DNA of 64,000 bases from Hormiphora californensis (taxonomy: Eukaryota; Animalia; Ctenophora), in NCBI GenBank assembly GCA_020137815.1, contig CM035353.1:8866001-8930000 (forward strand). The letters are read 5' to 3'. Shown piece after piece: positions 1 through 11,229 of the stretch. The position numbers and the translations under genes are program-made. Numbering within the stretch: position 1 is the stretch's first letter; each line of letters opens with the position of its first letter. A model generated the notes under the pieces. It saw nothing but the letters and a program-made list of their open reading frames with translations, was not told where the DNA came from and did not search any database.

Positions 1-83
1 ACACAGTCCACATACACACCCCGTGGCCGTCCCCCCTGTCCGTGATCCCCCTCCATTAATCACTTCAATATCCAATATTGTAG

Positions 84-212
84 ATTGTCATGGAGAGTGA
101 CAAAAAATGGAACCCTTACGAAGAGGTCCAGCCTAAAATCAACTTTGAAGCATTCAAGCCCGGAGTTTTTTATTCGTGGAAAGCTAGGGCATGGGAATAC
201 ATTCGAGATAAG
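84..212 (+). CDS. Host gene A, first visible exon (unknown protein; model 84-212, 1075-1235, 4802-4993, 5809-5882, 9249-9487; ~262 aa from ATG at 90)
   Basis: tgtag| acceptor, AAG|gtaatc donor, open frame IVMESDKKWNPYEEVQPKINFEAFKPGVFYSWKARAWEYIRDK, phase 0-0. All five exons join in compatible phases without stops. Upstream exons may lie outside the window. Confidence 0.7.
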
Positions 213-416
213 GTAATCAAATAACCCCAATACAGATGAAGCGGGGACAATTTATGTCATGGTACTTGAAGTTGCTGAGTCCCAAGTGCGATCTCAAAGC
301 GGGCACTGAGCTGGTCTAATTTTTTCTTGCCAGGGTGATCTTTTTAGCACGTGTGCTAAAACGATCATTAATTAAGGGTCACGGTCGGAAAATCGGAACA
401 CTTTTGAGATCGGAAC

Positions 417-1060
417 AACAGCCCCCCACCCGTATCTATGTCTCTCTCCTCTCACTCTTCGTCTCTCCATGTTGGGATAAAGAATACGGAGGTTGGTAGT
501 GGTAGAGCGCTGGTGATACACATCAAGGGAAATCCCGCTGAATAACATGTAGAATCAGGTGATAAAGATCCGTAGAATTGTAACTGTGTAGGTAGAAAAG
601 CTTTGGCAATCATGGCGCCTGGCGGCCCCAGCAATAGATCCCAAAACACCACAAACCACCACAGGAACACGCAACAAACAACCAACAACATGCACATTGC
701 ACGTGCAGTATTCCCCCACAACCTCCCATACCCCTCCCTGGGCACCTCCTTTGCAACCCCCTCTATTTGTACGTGTGGATAATTCATCACACTCCTCATC
801 ACGCCACGCATTTCTACTTCATAATTTTAAGACTAGAAAGCCCGTTGAAGTAGAGCACCCGTTGACCTGAATCCCCACACTCTCCCACACCCAGGAGCAC
901 ACCTTTCACCTGCTGCACCAACCCGTAGGGGCGTAGGGGCTATGGCACCTCCTTGACAACCCCCCTCTATTTGCACGTGTGGATACGATATCACCCTCAT
1001 CACGCCACTCAATCTCTCTTCTCCCTGGTGTTCTCTCACACAATTTGCACTACTAATAAA
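417..1060 (-). mobile_element. Two non-autonomous Helitron-like units joined head-to-tail
   Basis: Junction CTAG|TC on the minus strand at 833/832; 417-832 is homologous to 16911-17376; outer boundaries approximate. Confidence 0.55.
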
Positions 1061-1074
1061 CAATACAATTTTAG

Positions 1075-1235
1075 GACCCTGTAAAAACATACAAAACTCC
1101 TGATACGAATAGAGTTCCGTGGACTTTAGTTGAGGCCATCAAAGATCCTACTGGTACGTTCCTAGGCAGAGAATCCTGGACAGAAGATGAAGTTAACTAC
1201 ACTCTTCGACATAGCGATCGCTATGAGGTTGCCCA
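1075..1235 (+). CDS. Host gene A exon 2
   Basis: ttttag| acceptor, |gtacgt donor, 161 nt, DPVKTYKTPDTNRVPWTLVEAIKDP...RYEVA, phase 0 to 2. Confidence 0.7.
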
Positions 1236-1251
1236 GTACGTAATTATTTCA

Positions 1252-1390
<139 letters not shown>

Positions 1391-1636
1391 CACGGTTTGA
1401 CACGGTTTGACACGGTTTGAAAAATAGTTCTACTCATGTTCCCATGAGTGTAAGAACTGGAAAGCACTGCCCTTGATCAGCACTTTCCTGTTCGTAAAAC
1501 TTATAACATCAAGTTAAAAATCCACTCACACACATATAAATTCCGGGGTCTTATCGTTAGGTATCAAAACATAAACACTGAAGGGGGTCTAAACAAAAGG
1601 AGCCTGCTGCCACTTCTTAGCTAGTACAGGGGAAAG

Positions 1637-1989
1637 CTAAGTGGGAGGTCTCATTGATGACATGCAACGCTCGCGCTTGTACTCGATAGCACTGGCGAAA
1701 CGCACAAGGAGCCCGGAGGTTCGAGGTGAACGCTCTGATGTGGTGTACATGATCGAGGAGATGATGGGAATGGGCTGGGAGGGGTCTTGTCTTTTGGGGA
1801 GGTCGGTTAGCAGGGTCTGTCTTTCCGGGTTGTAGAGGTCACAGGTGTCAATCACATGGAGCTCGGCTTCCGTTGTGCTTATACCCATTGTGATGTTGCT
1901 GTATGGGCAGTTTCTATTCTCCCGGGCGATTCCTTGGTGACGCCCTACTTCAAGTGTGATCTCATTCTCAGCTTGGCTAGGGCTGCTCG
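1637..1989 (-). pseudogene. Non-LTR retrotransposon ORF2 C-terminal zinc-binding fragment
   Basis: Frameshifted RAALAKLRMS..TLEVGRHQGIARENRNCPY...EAELHVIDTCDLYNPER motif typical of LINE ORF2 C-termini. Confidence 0.7.
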
Positions 1990-2836
1990 ATGGGTAAAAT
2001 TCGTTACATTAGTCAGGTAGGATTGTACACCGTTTTCCTTCCTTTTTACTTCCTTACCCCGCTTAGGGTGCCCCGATTCAGTATGGTATCACGTATCTTT
2101 TCGTTTCTAACCGACTACTTTAAATGGTCAGGACATACGATAAGATGTACCGATTCGAAAGACGAATCGGACGTTGCTGGTGTAACATTTTCATAACTTT
2201 TTACAGGAGGGGGGGGGGTGCAGTGGCCCAAGTAGCATTTGCGACCGAAGGGCACGTAGGGAGGGGGGTCTGGGGGTGAAGCCCCCGGAATTTTTTTAAC
2301 TAAATCATTTGTGACGTCTACTTTCTAGATTTATGAATGCTACAAAATACTCTCCCTCTCTCTCTCTCACTCAGTGATGTTCACTAGGTGATCGGTCAAA
2401 AATTCCTGAAATTTTACTAAAAATTTGTATTTTTGCGGTGGTTTCCCAATCCAAATGGTCTTAGACAGTCAAGAATTTGGGGGGGGGGGGGGGGGTGCGC
2501 ACTGCGTAGTGCTATTTTTCCCAACTCATAAATCAAATCCAATTTTCACAAAGTTTACCCCTAGAATGAGTTCCTACGATCATTCTAAAACATTTGGTAA
2601 AAAAATTTTATTCCTACCCTGGCCCAATTACGTGGGCCGATGTATGCCCATAATATGGGCATTATATTCATATCAAAAAATGTTTTTTGGGGCGTTATTT
2701 CGAAAAAACCACACATATGAATCGCCTCATGAGAACCAGTACAACCATTATTTCCAGTATGCACCTTCAGAACTCCATTTTATAATGAAAAATTTTTTTT
2801 CATCTTTTTTCTTGCACATTTTCCTACTTTGCAGTA

Positions 2837-3015
2837 CAGTCGGACCCCGATTTAGGGACACCCTCGGGGGAAAGGCTCTTGTCCACTAAATCGGGGTGTC
2901 CACTGTCCACTAAATCGGGATCAAATAAGGTTACTTTCCTATATCAAGAGAAAAAAATCCTGTCCCTAAATCGGGGTGCCACTAAATCGGGGGCCCCTAA
3001 ATCGGGGTCCGACTG
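2837..3015. mobile_element. Tc1/mariner(pogo)-type MITE
   Basis: TIR CAGTCGGACCCCGATTTA, TA on both flanks; relatives at 62883-63054 and from 63599. Confidence 0.85.
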
Positions 3016-3189
3016 TATTAGTGGAGACGAATTTTAACTTTTTGAGATTTTATTTGTCGGAAAGCAAATTCCGGTTGTAACCGACTAATTTTGACCTGCT
3101 GAACACGATCCCATTCATGAAAAAGCTCTCAAAATTGAAGAAAATGACCAAAATGAACATTTTTAGTCAAAAATGAACATTTTTGGTAC

Positions 3190-4078
3190 AAAATTAAGTC
3201 CAAAAACCAATTAAATAAATTAGTTTGAATGCCCGGGCCCATGTGGTGTCACGGGGGTAACACCTTTAGGCTACTGCCATAATTAACGGCATATCTCGTT
3301 AATTGTTAATTGTTATCCTTCAATCTTTCTATCTCTATCTATCTCTCTCTGCTGGCACAGCTATATCTCTCTTTTTTTCTCTCTCCTCTTATTTATCTCT
3401 CCATCTTTCTTGATTATATCTCACTCTTTCTATCCTAGATTCCTTTGTCTTTATCTCTCTCGATATCCATCATTTATGACAGTAGCTTAAAGGTGTTTCC
3501 CCCGTGACACCACATGGGCCCGGGCATCCAAACTAATTTATTTAATTGGTTTTTGGACTTAATTTCTGTTCTTTTTGGTGTTATAAATAGAAAAAGCTAT
3601 TTTTCTGATATTTTCGAATTTGAATAGTTCATAAATATGCGAATAACGACTAAACGGTGAGAGATACGACTTTTTGTCAGGGGGACGACCCCCATAAATA
3701 GACTATTCTGCAACGGAATATGTCCATGAAAACGTTCTAGGACCAGCCGAAGTGGAAATATTAAGAAAATACATTAAATCATGAATCGGAGCATAAATAT
3801 GCAAATAACGGCTTAACGGTGCCAGATAGAGATTTTTGTCCCGAGTAAGACCCCCCCTAAATCGACTATTTTGCGTCGAAATAAGTCCATGAAAACGTTC
3901 TAGGATCAGCCGAACTGGAAATGTAGAAGTGTTGCGTGTGCTCTCTCTTTTGTTTTTTGAGTTAGAGGGTATTTCTAAGGTGGGGGCTGTGCCCCCACAC
4001 GGCACACCCCCGTTTTTGGTGGGGCTGTGCCCCCACACCCCCCCCCCTTTTGGGCCCGGGGCACTTGCCAGTGCCATG
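3190..4078 (-). mobile_element. Diverged inverted copy of the ~1.55-kb repeat family at 44127-47635 and 51161-52709
   Basis: Shares the GCACTGGCAAGTGCCCCGGGCCC head, the ~120-bp subrepeat and the IR-flanked purine-rich cassette. Confidence 0.75.
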
Positions 4079-4801
4079 ATGAACATGTCCAGGTCAAAAC
4101 TGAACTTTGGCTAACTTTCATGATACACATCCATTCTGATCGGTATCAAACCGCTGAACACGACCCTGACCATAAAAAGTTGATATCAAGAACATGCCAA
4201 ACACTGGTGTAAAACACAAATATTTTCCTTTTTCGGTAAAAAAGTAAACTTTTTTAATCGCCTGGCCCACGTAATTGACATACACTACCCCAATTCCGAT
4301 TTCAGGATGTAGGTAGTAGACAATTGTCCATAGTTTCATATCTACCCTTAAACTATTGGCCAAGTCGACAAAATTTTCACTTAGCATACCCTAGACTGCG
4401 CACTGTGCAGTGTGCACCCCCTGCACCCCCTGGAGCCAGCCCTGCCCATCCGGCTTCGCTGAGTGGTTCTTTTCGCCCCTTTCAACGTAAATAACGCTGT
4501 TGCTATGGCCTGGCAACTGAAGCCGCAACTGTGTATTACCAAAATATCCACAAACTGCCAGAAGATTGAATTTTGAAAACGAGCTCCCAATGAGCTTCAT
4601 AATCCACTTGATTGTTTCAGGAAATGTGAGCTGTGCAATGTGTGCATTGTACCTTTACTGTTTGAGTGATACAAATAATCGGGAATGACAGTCCTGCCCT
4701 AACATGAGATGGTTATAAAAGTAAAGCGGGGAAAAATAGCATTATGAAACATAATGCAGTCATTCAAATTCAGTGAACAGTGATCCGAATGTATCTTTCA
4801 G

Positions 4802-4993
4802 GGTTATCAAGAAAACGTCAAATTACAACAATATTGGACCACGTTCTGAGCTTTCTGGGCAGGGTGTTGGACAAATGGCTAACGATAAGAACTTGGAAAA
4901 AGAAATAATATACTCTAGAATGTCCTGGAATCCCAAGGCACTTATTGAGGTGGAAGGAGAAAAACATTATGATAGAAGGATTCGAATGGATTT
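4802..4993 (+). CDS. Host gene A exon 3
   Basis: ctttcag| acceptor, |gtaagt donor, 192 nt, VIKKTSNYNNIGPRSEL...DRRIRMD, phase 2 to 2. Confidence 0.72.
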
Positions 4994-5808
4994 GTAAGTT
5001 ATCATTGCACTATGCATACTATGCAGTGTGTTGCCTGGCTAGTGGCTAGACTGTGTTTCGGGGGGCCCCGCCCCCGAATCACAGTCTGGAGTATTGATAT
5101 ACCGACCTATTCCGCGATGCTCAAAGAATTTTGGTCAGAGTCTGAAAAATGACGACTTTAAGACGTTCTGTAGGCGATGAAAAGAGACCCCATATCGACT
5201 AATGCACACACATCCAGTAGATCTACCAGCTGGTGTTGTTGTTGTTGTTCTAAGGTTAAATAGGGCCGAGAGGAGCTCTCCGCAGGAGAGCACCTCTCGC
5301 CAGCCCCACCGCTCCTGGTCTGAGGGTGTCGGTTGACACTCCTTGCATCCTCCACCGAAATTGTCCGGCCCGAGGCCGTGGCAGAGTTTTGGAGCTTGGA
5401 AAATCCCAGATCAGAAGCAGTCCCTTTGGTTGAGGAGAATTCGTTGAGCTCCCAGCCCCGACCAGGAGAAGCGGACGACTCCCAGTCAAGACTGGGAGCC
5501 GTAAGCCGCTGTGCCACGTCAAGGCTTCTCCTCATACGAGTGGCCAGCTGGTGTTGTCCGAATTGCCCCGGTACCATTTTTTCCGACTAAAATTTTTAAA
5601 TTAGTTATATAGTTAAGTAAATGATGGTCCCTAGAGTTGAAATTTATATTATTTGAAAGATAAAATAATAAATATAATATAATTTTTTTCATTGTATCTT
5701 TTTTTAAATAAATGGGAGTGAGAACCGATTAAGTAAAAAGTTAACCATTTTGCCCCGGTTTACCCTACTGCAATGCTTGAACGGTTTGACAATTTTATCA
5801 TTTTTCAG

Positions 5809-5882
5809 GAACTTCATGTTACATAAGATAACATTAGGCTATTATCGGTGGGACCCCAAGGAATCTCTTACTACTGCACCAG
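5809..5882 (+). CDS. Host gene A exon 4
   Basis: tttttcag| acceptor, CAG|gtatag donor, 74 nt, NFMLHKITLGYYRWDPKESLTTAP, phase 2 to 1. Confidence 0.68.
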
Positions 5883-6041
5883 GTATAGACTATAGATATC
5901 GATTGATAGTTACAAAACCGAACTCAACGGAGTCACGGTATCGGAGCCCCTTTAAATTATAAGTAAAAGTTTGAGAGTGAACTTGGAGCCCCAATTCGTT
6001 TGTTATACACATGACACATCGTTATGTGTCTACGAGAGGCG

Positions 6042-6046
<5 letters not shown>

Positions 6047-6111
<65 letters not shown>

Positions 6112-6128
6112 AGAGATGAGAGAGAGAG
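6047..6128. repeat. (GA)n microsatellite
   Basis: Direct reading. Confidence 0.95.
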
Positions 6129-6464
6129 ATAGATAGAAGCGAGATATATATATAGCGTATAGAGAGCTAGAGAAGTCTCTATCTATCTCGCATATCGATC
6201 TCTATCGCTCTAACTCTCGTCTCTAGAGAGTTTGATTGTTGTTGGTTGGAAAATTTCAAGTTGGGCATAAATACAGAATACACAATGTCAAACATACATG
6301 TAAAATATCTATGACCCAGTCCCGTGCGAAGAGATACGAGAAAACAGTGGAAAACATGTGAAATGTGTAACAAAGTATCTCCACAAGCTTGTGGGACAGA
6401 AAATTGAAGATATGAGGGGATGATAATGATCGTGAATATGGTTGAATGGTATGATGTGAAGAGT

Positions 6465-7451
6465 TCATACACATTCAATGACTCCCTTTCTCAACACATA
6501 TTGTCTCGATGGGTTCTCAGCTCTCAGTTTCTGTAAAGTCTCAAGAGTTCTACGTCTCTCTGCTCGCTCCTCAATCGTCCGATCAGGACCCAAAAACACC
6601 TTGCTGAATAACTGAGACTTTTTCAAGTCCTTAGCTTTCCTCAGAAGAACTAATAGACTATCATGAGAAGCTAGTTTGGCGATAACTGGCCGGGCCTTAC
6701 CCTCAGATCTGGTTCCAAGCCGCCTGCAATCTGTAAAAGGAAACTTCTCGTGTAGCTCCTCCATAATTCCAGTCACTGCAGCATCCGGGCTCTCCTCGTC
6801 ATCAGCCTCCTCAAGGTTAAAGATAAGAAGATTCTTGTTCCTATCAATATCTTCCACAGCATCACGAGCAGGAGAAACTGTCCTCTGTATCACAGCTTGC
6901 AACTTAGAGGGCGCAACTGCTGCGGCACAATTACTGGAAACTACAGCTGACCAGGATTTCATTTCACGCTGCACTGTTTCGGTCACTGCCCGGGCTGTAC
7001 TGATATCCTCGTCCTGTAACTGGATGATCTTCTTCTGTAGCTGGATAACCTCTTTCTGGCAGTCTCGCAACTCCTTCTCCAGTCCACGCACAACGTCCGT
7101 GTCCTCAGTTTCCTCCTCCACAGCACCAGTATCCGCTCCTTCCTCTTCATCCTCCGGCTCACTGGGATCCTTGGAATTCAGCTCATCACGCTCTCTCTTA
7201 GCAGCGTCAACCAGCAAAGGCAAACATTTCTTGACTAATAGCTGAGACATAGTAGATGTGTAACCAAACAGAACATTAGAAGGCTGATTCTTGATACTCA
7301 GTATCCTCAACAACTCCTCAACCATGAACCCCGTCCAGCTTGTCAAAGAAATCAATGGCAAAACACTAACCCCCAATGAGAAAACATGAAGAACAGCCAT
7401 TAAGAATGAGTACCGAAATCTAGTCAGATCGAAAAGGACATAGAACGGCAT
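6465..7451 (-). CDS. LINE ORF1-like protein (coiled coil plus RRM/CTD), transposon-derived
   Basis: Heptads LEKELRDCQKEVIQLQKKIIQLQ followed by RNKNLLIFNLEE...RLG...RPVIAKL...VFLGPDRTIEERAERR, typical of CR1/L2-type ORF1; true start may be an internal Met; no ORF2 follows. Confidence 0.78.
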   Translation of the reverse strand: MPFYVLFDLTRFRYSFLMAVLHVFSLGVSVLPLISLTSWTGFMVEELLRILSIKNQPSNVLFGYTSTMSQLLVKKCLPLLVDAAKRERDELNSKDPSEPEDEEEGADTGAVEEETEDTDVVRGLEKELRDCQKEVIQLQKKIIQLQDEDISTARAVTETVQREMKSWSAVVSSNCAAAVAPSKLQAVIQRTVSPARDAVEDIDRNKNLLIFNLEEADDEESPDAAVTGIMEELHEKFPFTDCRRLGTRSEGKARPVIAKLASHDSLLVLLRKAKDLKKSQLFSKVFLGPDRTIEERAERRRTLETLQKLRAENPSRQYVLRKGVIECV

Positions 7452-7459
7452 TTTCGAAC

Positions 7460-7823
7460 GCAGAGATGAGAGACAGCGAGACTTTCAAACGCACGATAGT
7501 TTGAGAAACGAAGGACAGAGAGAACGCGAGAGAGAGAGAGACGAGGAGAGAGAGATGCAGAGAGACTAGAAAGAGTACGAGAAGCGAGAGAGTACGAATG
7601 CGGAGAGAGCAGCACGAGAGAGAGAGAGAGATGAGAGACAGACGATGGATCGAGAGAGAGAGAGACGAGAGAGAGAGAGATGAAATGAGAGAGCAGAGAT
7701 GAGAGAGAGAGAGGAGAGAGATGAGAGAGAGAGAGAGGAGATGTAGGAGAGCGAGGAGTTTAGAGGAGAGACGAGAGCGTCAGCTGGGATGAGAGAGAGA
7801 AGAGAGATTGGATGATTTTGAGT

Positions 7824-7882
<59 letters not shown>

Positions 7883-7886
7883 AGAG
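7460..7886. repeat. Degenerate then pure (GA)n tract
   Basis: Direct reading. Confidence 0.9.
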
Positions 7887-8367
7887 ATCCCCCATCGTGA
7901 TCGGAGCTCTTGGCGGAGTCAGTCCCCGACTGGAGAACTACCTGCAGGTTATAACCCGGCAAATCTACCCCACACGGGTCCAAAAATCAGTCCTCTTCAA
8001 CTCTATGAACACGCTCCGGAAAGTTCTCGACATGTAACCAGCCTCCTGTAACCCCATAAGTTGTATATATATATTTTTTAATCTTTAAATTTTCGTCCAT
8101 TCCTGCTTGTACCTAGGCTGCCTTAGATTCCTTTGCAGCAGGCTGGGCTTCTTGTGCTCTGTCAGTTGTCACCATGAGCTTTATTCCCCCTTTTTTATAT
8201 TTACTCTTACCTTACCCATATGTACATTGTTTAACTTACCCTTATGTACATTGTTCTACCTAACTCCGCAGGCCCTCAGATCCAACAGAATCCGGGCCCG
8301 GGGGATTGAACCCTGCTCTCGCACGGGGCCTCACGGCCCCGTGTGGGAGTAGTGTGTGTAGTGAACC
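7887..8367 (+). mobile_element. 5'-truncated copy of the R4-like element at 56361-62226
   Basis: PIVIGALGGVSPRLENYLQ...NTLRKVLDM* plus 3' UTR and terminal hairpin match 61667-62226; GA repeats on both sides. Confidence 0.92.
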
Positions 8368-8382
8368 GAGAGAGAATTAATA

Positions 8383-8840
8383 ACTTACTTACTTACTTGA
8401 TACTTGGTTCGGTCTCCTCAATCATTCGAGTGGCCGGCTTCCGGTATCCTCACTCTTAGCGTCGTCAGCCGTCGCCACTCCTTTCTATCTGTCGCAATAT
8501 TAGTAACGGCACGGGAGATTGGGACCGTCCCGTAGCATCTCGGAAGTCATTGAGCACACAAGAGGGCTATGCTTTTCGTGGTCTTCCTCTCTAACGTTTG
8601 CCATGAGTAGGTAATAGGTGCCCAATTATAAAGCCTGTTAGGAACCCTGTCCTCAGGCATCCTGACCACATGACCAAAACTGAAACCAACGGATGAGAGC
8701 GGCTCTATTCCAGCTCTCTCCAATACACAACAGTCCTGGGCCTGAGTGGTGGTCCAAGCTTCACAACCATACAGGAGAATCGTCAATACAGCAGCCCTAT
8801 AAATCCGAATTTTGATAGTCAGAGTTTTTGATATTCACTC
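8383..8840 (-). mobile_element. Decayed 3' fragment of an RTE-clade LINE
   Basis: KIRIYRAAVLTILLYGCEAW, FGHVVRMPEDRVP motifs; (TAAG)n tail. Confidence 0.8.
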
Positions 8841-8910
8841 TGCGGCTGAACAAATGAACCAGACGGGTATAATGTCGCAACAAGTTTCGAGGATCTACCT
8901 CTTCATCGGG

Positions 8911-8946
8911 CTCAAATTAATTTGTTTAAAGTAGTGTTGAAAAGTT
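8911..8946 (-). other. Genomic copy of ctenophore-type SL exon, fused to a hammerhead-like core (8872-8910)
   Basis: Minus strand AACTTTTCAACACTACTTTAAACAAATTAATTTGAG then C-CCGATGA-aGAGGtagatCCTC-GAAAC; no GT donor after the SL; SL identity from recall. Confidence 0.75.
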
Positions 8947-9248
8947 AGTCTGAAGCCAAATGTAAGAAGGTGCGGGCAAGCGAACTTTGACTTTTTGCAA
9001 TATTTATACCAAAAAATCGCTTTCCAGCGCCAATTTTATCTGTAAAACGCGCAACAGGGTCGAGATTTAGAGCTCTGTTGCGCGTTCTGGGGCCATAAAC
9101 ACGGCATCTCGCGAGCTGACCGGAATTGACCCCATTGGTATTGAAGATACTTCACACTCTGTTTGGCGCACCGGCAAGAGAGGGGTAACTTTGTTACCAA
9201 GATTTTGATTCATCTAACTATTTATATTAACATCTGGCTCAACCTCAG

Positions 9249-9487
9249 GTCATATGGGATACGGTGATGGTGTATGTTCTAAAGAAAAACCGGTTCAAGG
9301 ACCTAACATTAGGGGCCGATACGCTCGAGACCTCCGTGGGGATAAAGACGTGCTTTGGGAATTTACTAATGATTCCGATTATAGTAACACAGGATCTGAT
9401 AACGGTTTAGGGCACTACAGCGAGAAGCAGAGTTTCATTGGTCTACAAAACAAGTTTCGAGATTCTAAGAGTATGAATCTTAAATAA
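9249..9487 (+). CDS. Host gene A terminal exon
   Basis: cctcag| acceptor, phase 1, GHMGYGDGVCSKEKP...SKSMNLK*; AATAAA overlaps the stop (9483-9488). Confidence 0.65.
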
Positions 9488-9648
9488 AGGACTAATTGCG
9501 AAAAAGAGTGTTAAAAATTGAAATGTCAATAATATTGTTTTGAACCAAAATTTTTGCCCATTTTCACTGTTTTTTCTCACTCGCCAGTACTACAGGGTGT
9601 TCACACTTCACTGTTCATTTTAGAATTAGAAAAATTTCATGTATTTAG

Positions 9649-11201
9649 CAGGGTGGCCCCAGCACGGATTTTTTGGGGGGGGGGGTGGTGTGGCCGAAGG
9701 CCACACTTCAACTCCAAACTTAACGACCGAGGCCGAGGGAGCTGCGGCAGGGGGTTTGGGGGGCGCAGCCCCCCAACGGGGTCCAGGGGCAGAGCCCCAG
9801 TGCGAACATTGTAAAAATCTGCAACGAATCTGAATTTTTCGTCAAATTTATGCGTCAACGATTTTTTGTCAAAATTACCATTTAGAGGGGTTCGTTTTAT
9901 TGTCCAATTAACGTTTCAATTATTACTTGTTACAGTTCTGTCGCACAAGATCAAGAAAGTTAGAAAACGAAACAAAAATATTTCTGAAAAAATTTGTCGA
10001 CACAGAGATTCGAACCCATGATGGAGTCGGGTACTCGAATTCGTGTCATATCGTTAGACCGTGCGACCATGGAGGGATTGTATAACTGACAATTCACATA
10101 AATTTATACTACTGTGTGTACACAGTTCACGATTTGACGCAGTAACCATATATGGCAACAAGTTGCTATAGCAACTTGTTGCAGAAATCGAGTTGAGTGG
10201 AGTTCAGGGGGAGAAGAATTCTGTTGCAACCGAGTTTGAACTATCATGTGCTACGAATAAAGAAGAATTCTCTCTCAAGAAAATGTTTGTGTAAAATTTC
10301 ATACTTCATAATACCAAGTACTCAATTAATATGGCCCGTGCATGTCCTTGCTGGGTATATTGGGCTTCATTAGTAATCATAAATAGTTGAATATGCGTGC
10401 GCGTCAACTGAAACACAAGGAAAGTTTCTATTCTGGAATTACAAAAAAGTGTCCTGGTATTAACTTGAGCTAGATAACTCCGCGTGCACCGTGTGACATT
10501 ACGGTTGGTAACCCCCATACATGGGCTCTACCCCGGTTGGTCCAAGACGGTACACCAAGTGCTAGGTGCCCATGTGGCCCCCTGGCCTGCTGGACAGATG
10601 AAGAAATGCAATTTTTGTGTTTCTTTTTGGTAAAATTTGCAACGAACTAAATTCGCGAATTCGTACAATGTTCGCACTGGGGGCAGAGCCCTTGGTGGGG
10701 GAGAGGGGGCGAAGCCCCTGGAAAATTTTGGTTTTTGATGAATTATAAGCAATTTAGAGCAACTTTTTAACACTTTTCAGCTCTTTTAGAAAACTTTTTC
10801 AACGAGTTTCAGTCACAAGGGGCGAAGCCCCCGGAAATTTTGATGAATTAAAGCGATTTAGAACAATATTTTATCGATTTTCAGCGCTTGGTGGGGGCAA
10901 TTTTCAGCCCTTTTAGAAAACTTTTTTAATGATGTTCAGCCCCTGGTGTGGGTAAGGGGCGAAGCCCCCGGAAAATTTTAGTTTTTGATCAATTTTAAGC
11001 AATTTAGAACAATATTCTAACGATTTCAGCCCTTGGTGTGGGTTGGGGGCGAAGCCCCCGCAAAATTTTAGATTTTGATCAATTTAAAGCAATTTAGAAC
11101 ACATTTTAAAGCTATTTTACCACCCCCAACAACCCCTGTTTGAAAAGTTTTGGGGGGGTGGCCACCCCCCCCCCCACCACCCCAGGCTGGGGCCACCACT
11201 G
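9649..11201. mobile_element. Non-autonomous hAT-like DNA transposon
   Basis: Imperfect TIRs CAGGGTGGCCCCAGC / GCTGGGGCCACCACTG; 8-bp TSD GTATTTAG (9641-9648, 11202-11209); internal GGGGCGAAGCCCC tandem units. Confidence 0.85.
9995..10072 (-). mobile_element. tRNA-derived SINE-like head
   Basis: A-box-like TGGTCGCACGGTCTAA and B-box GGGTTCGAATC; no clean cloverleaf. Confidence 0.45.
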
Positions 11202-11229
11202 GTATTTAGCGTGAGCCAGTTAAAATTTA

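Noticed and set aside
5158-5577. 139-aa minus-strand ORF in gene A intron 3
   Set aside because: No recognisable motif or splice partners; cannot support it as coding, though not excluded
8911-8946. Functional SL RNA gene (also 14588-14673)
   Set aside because: No GT donor after the exon; followed by a hammerhead-like core instead
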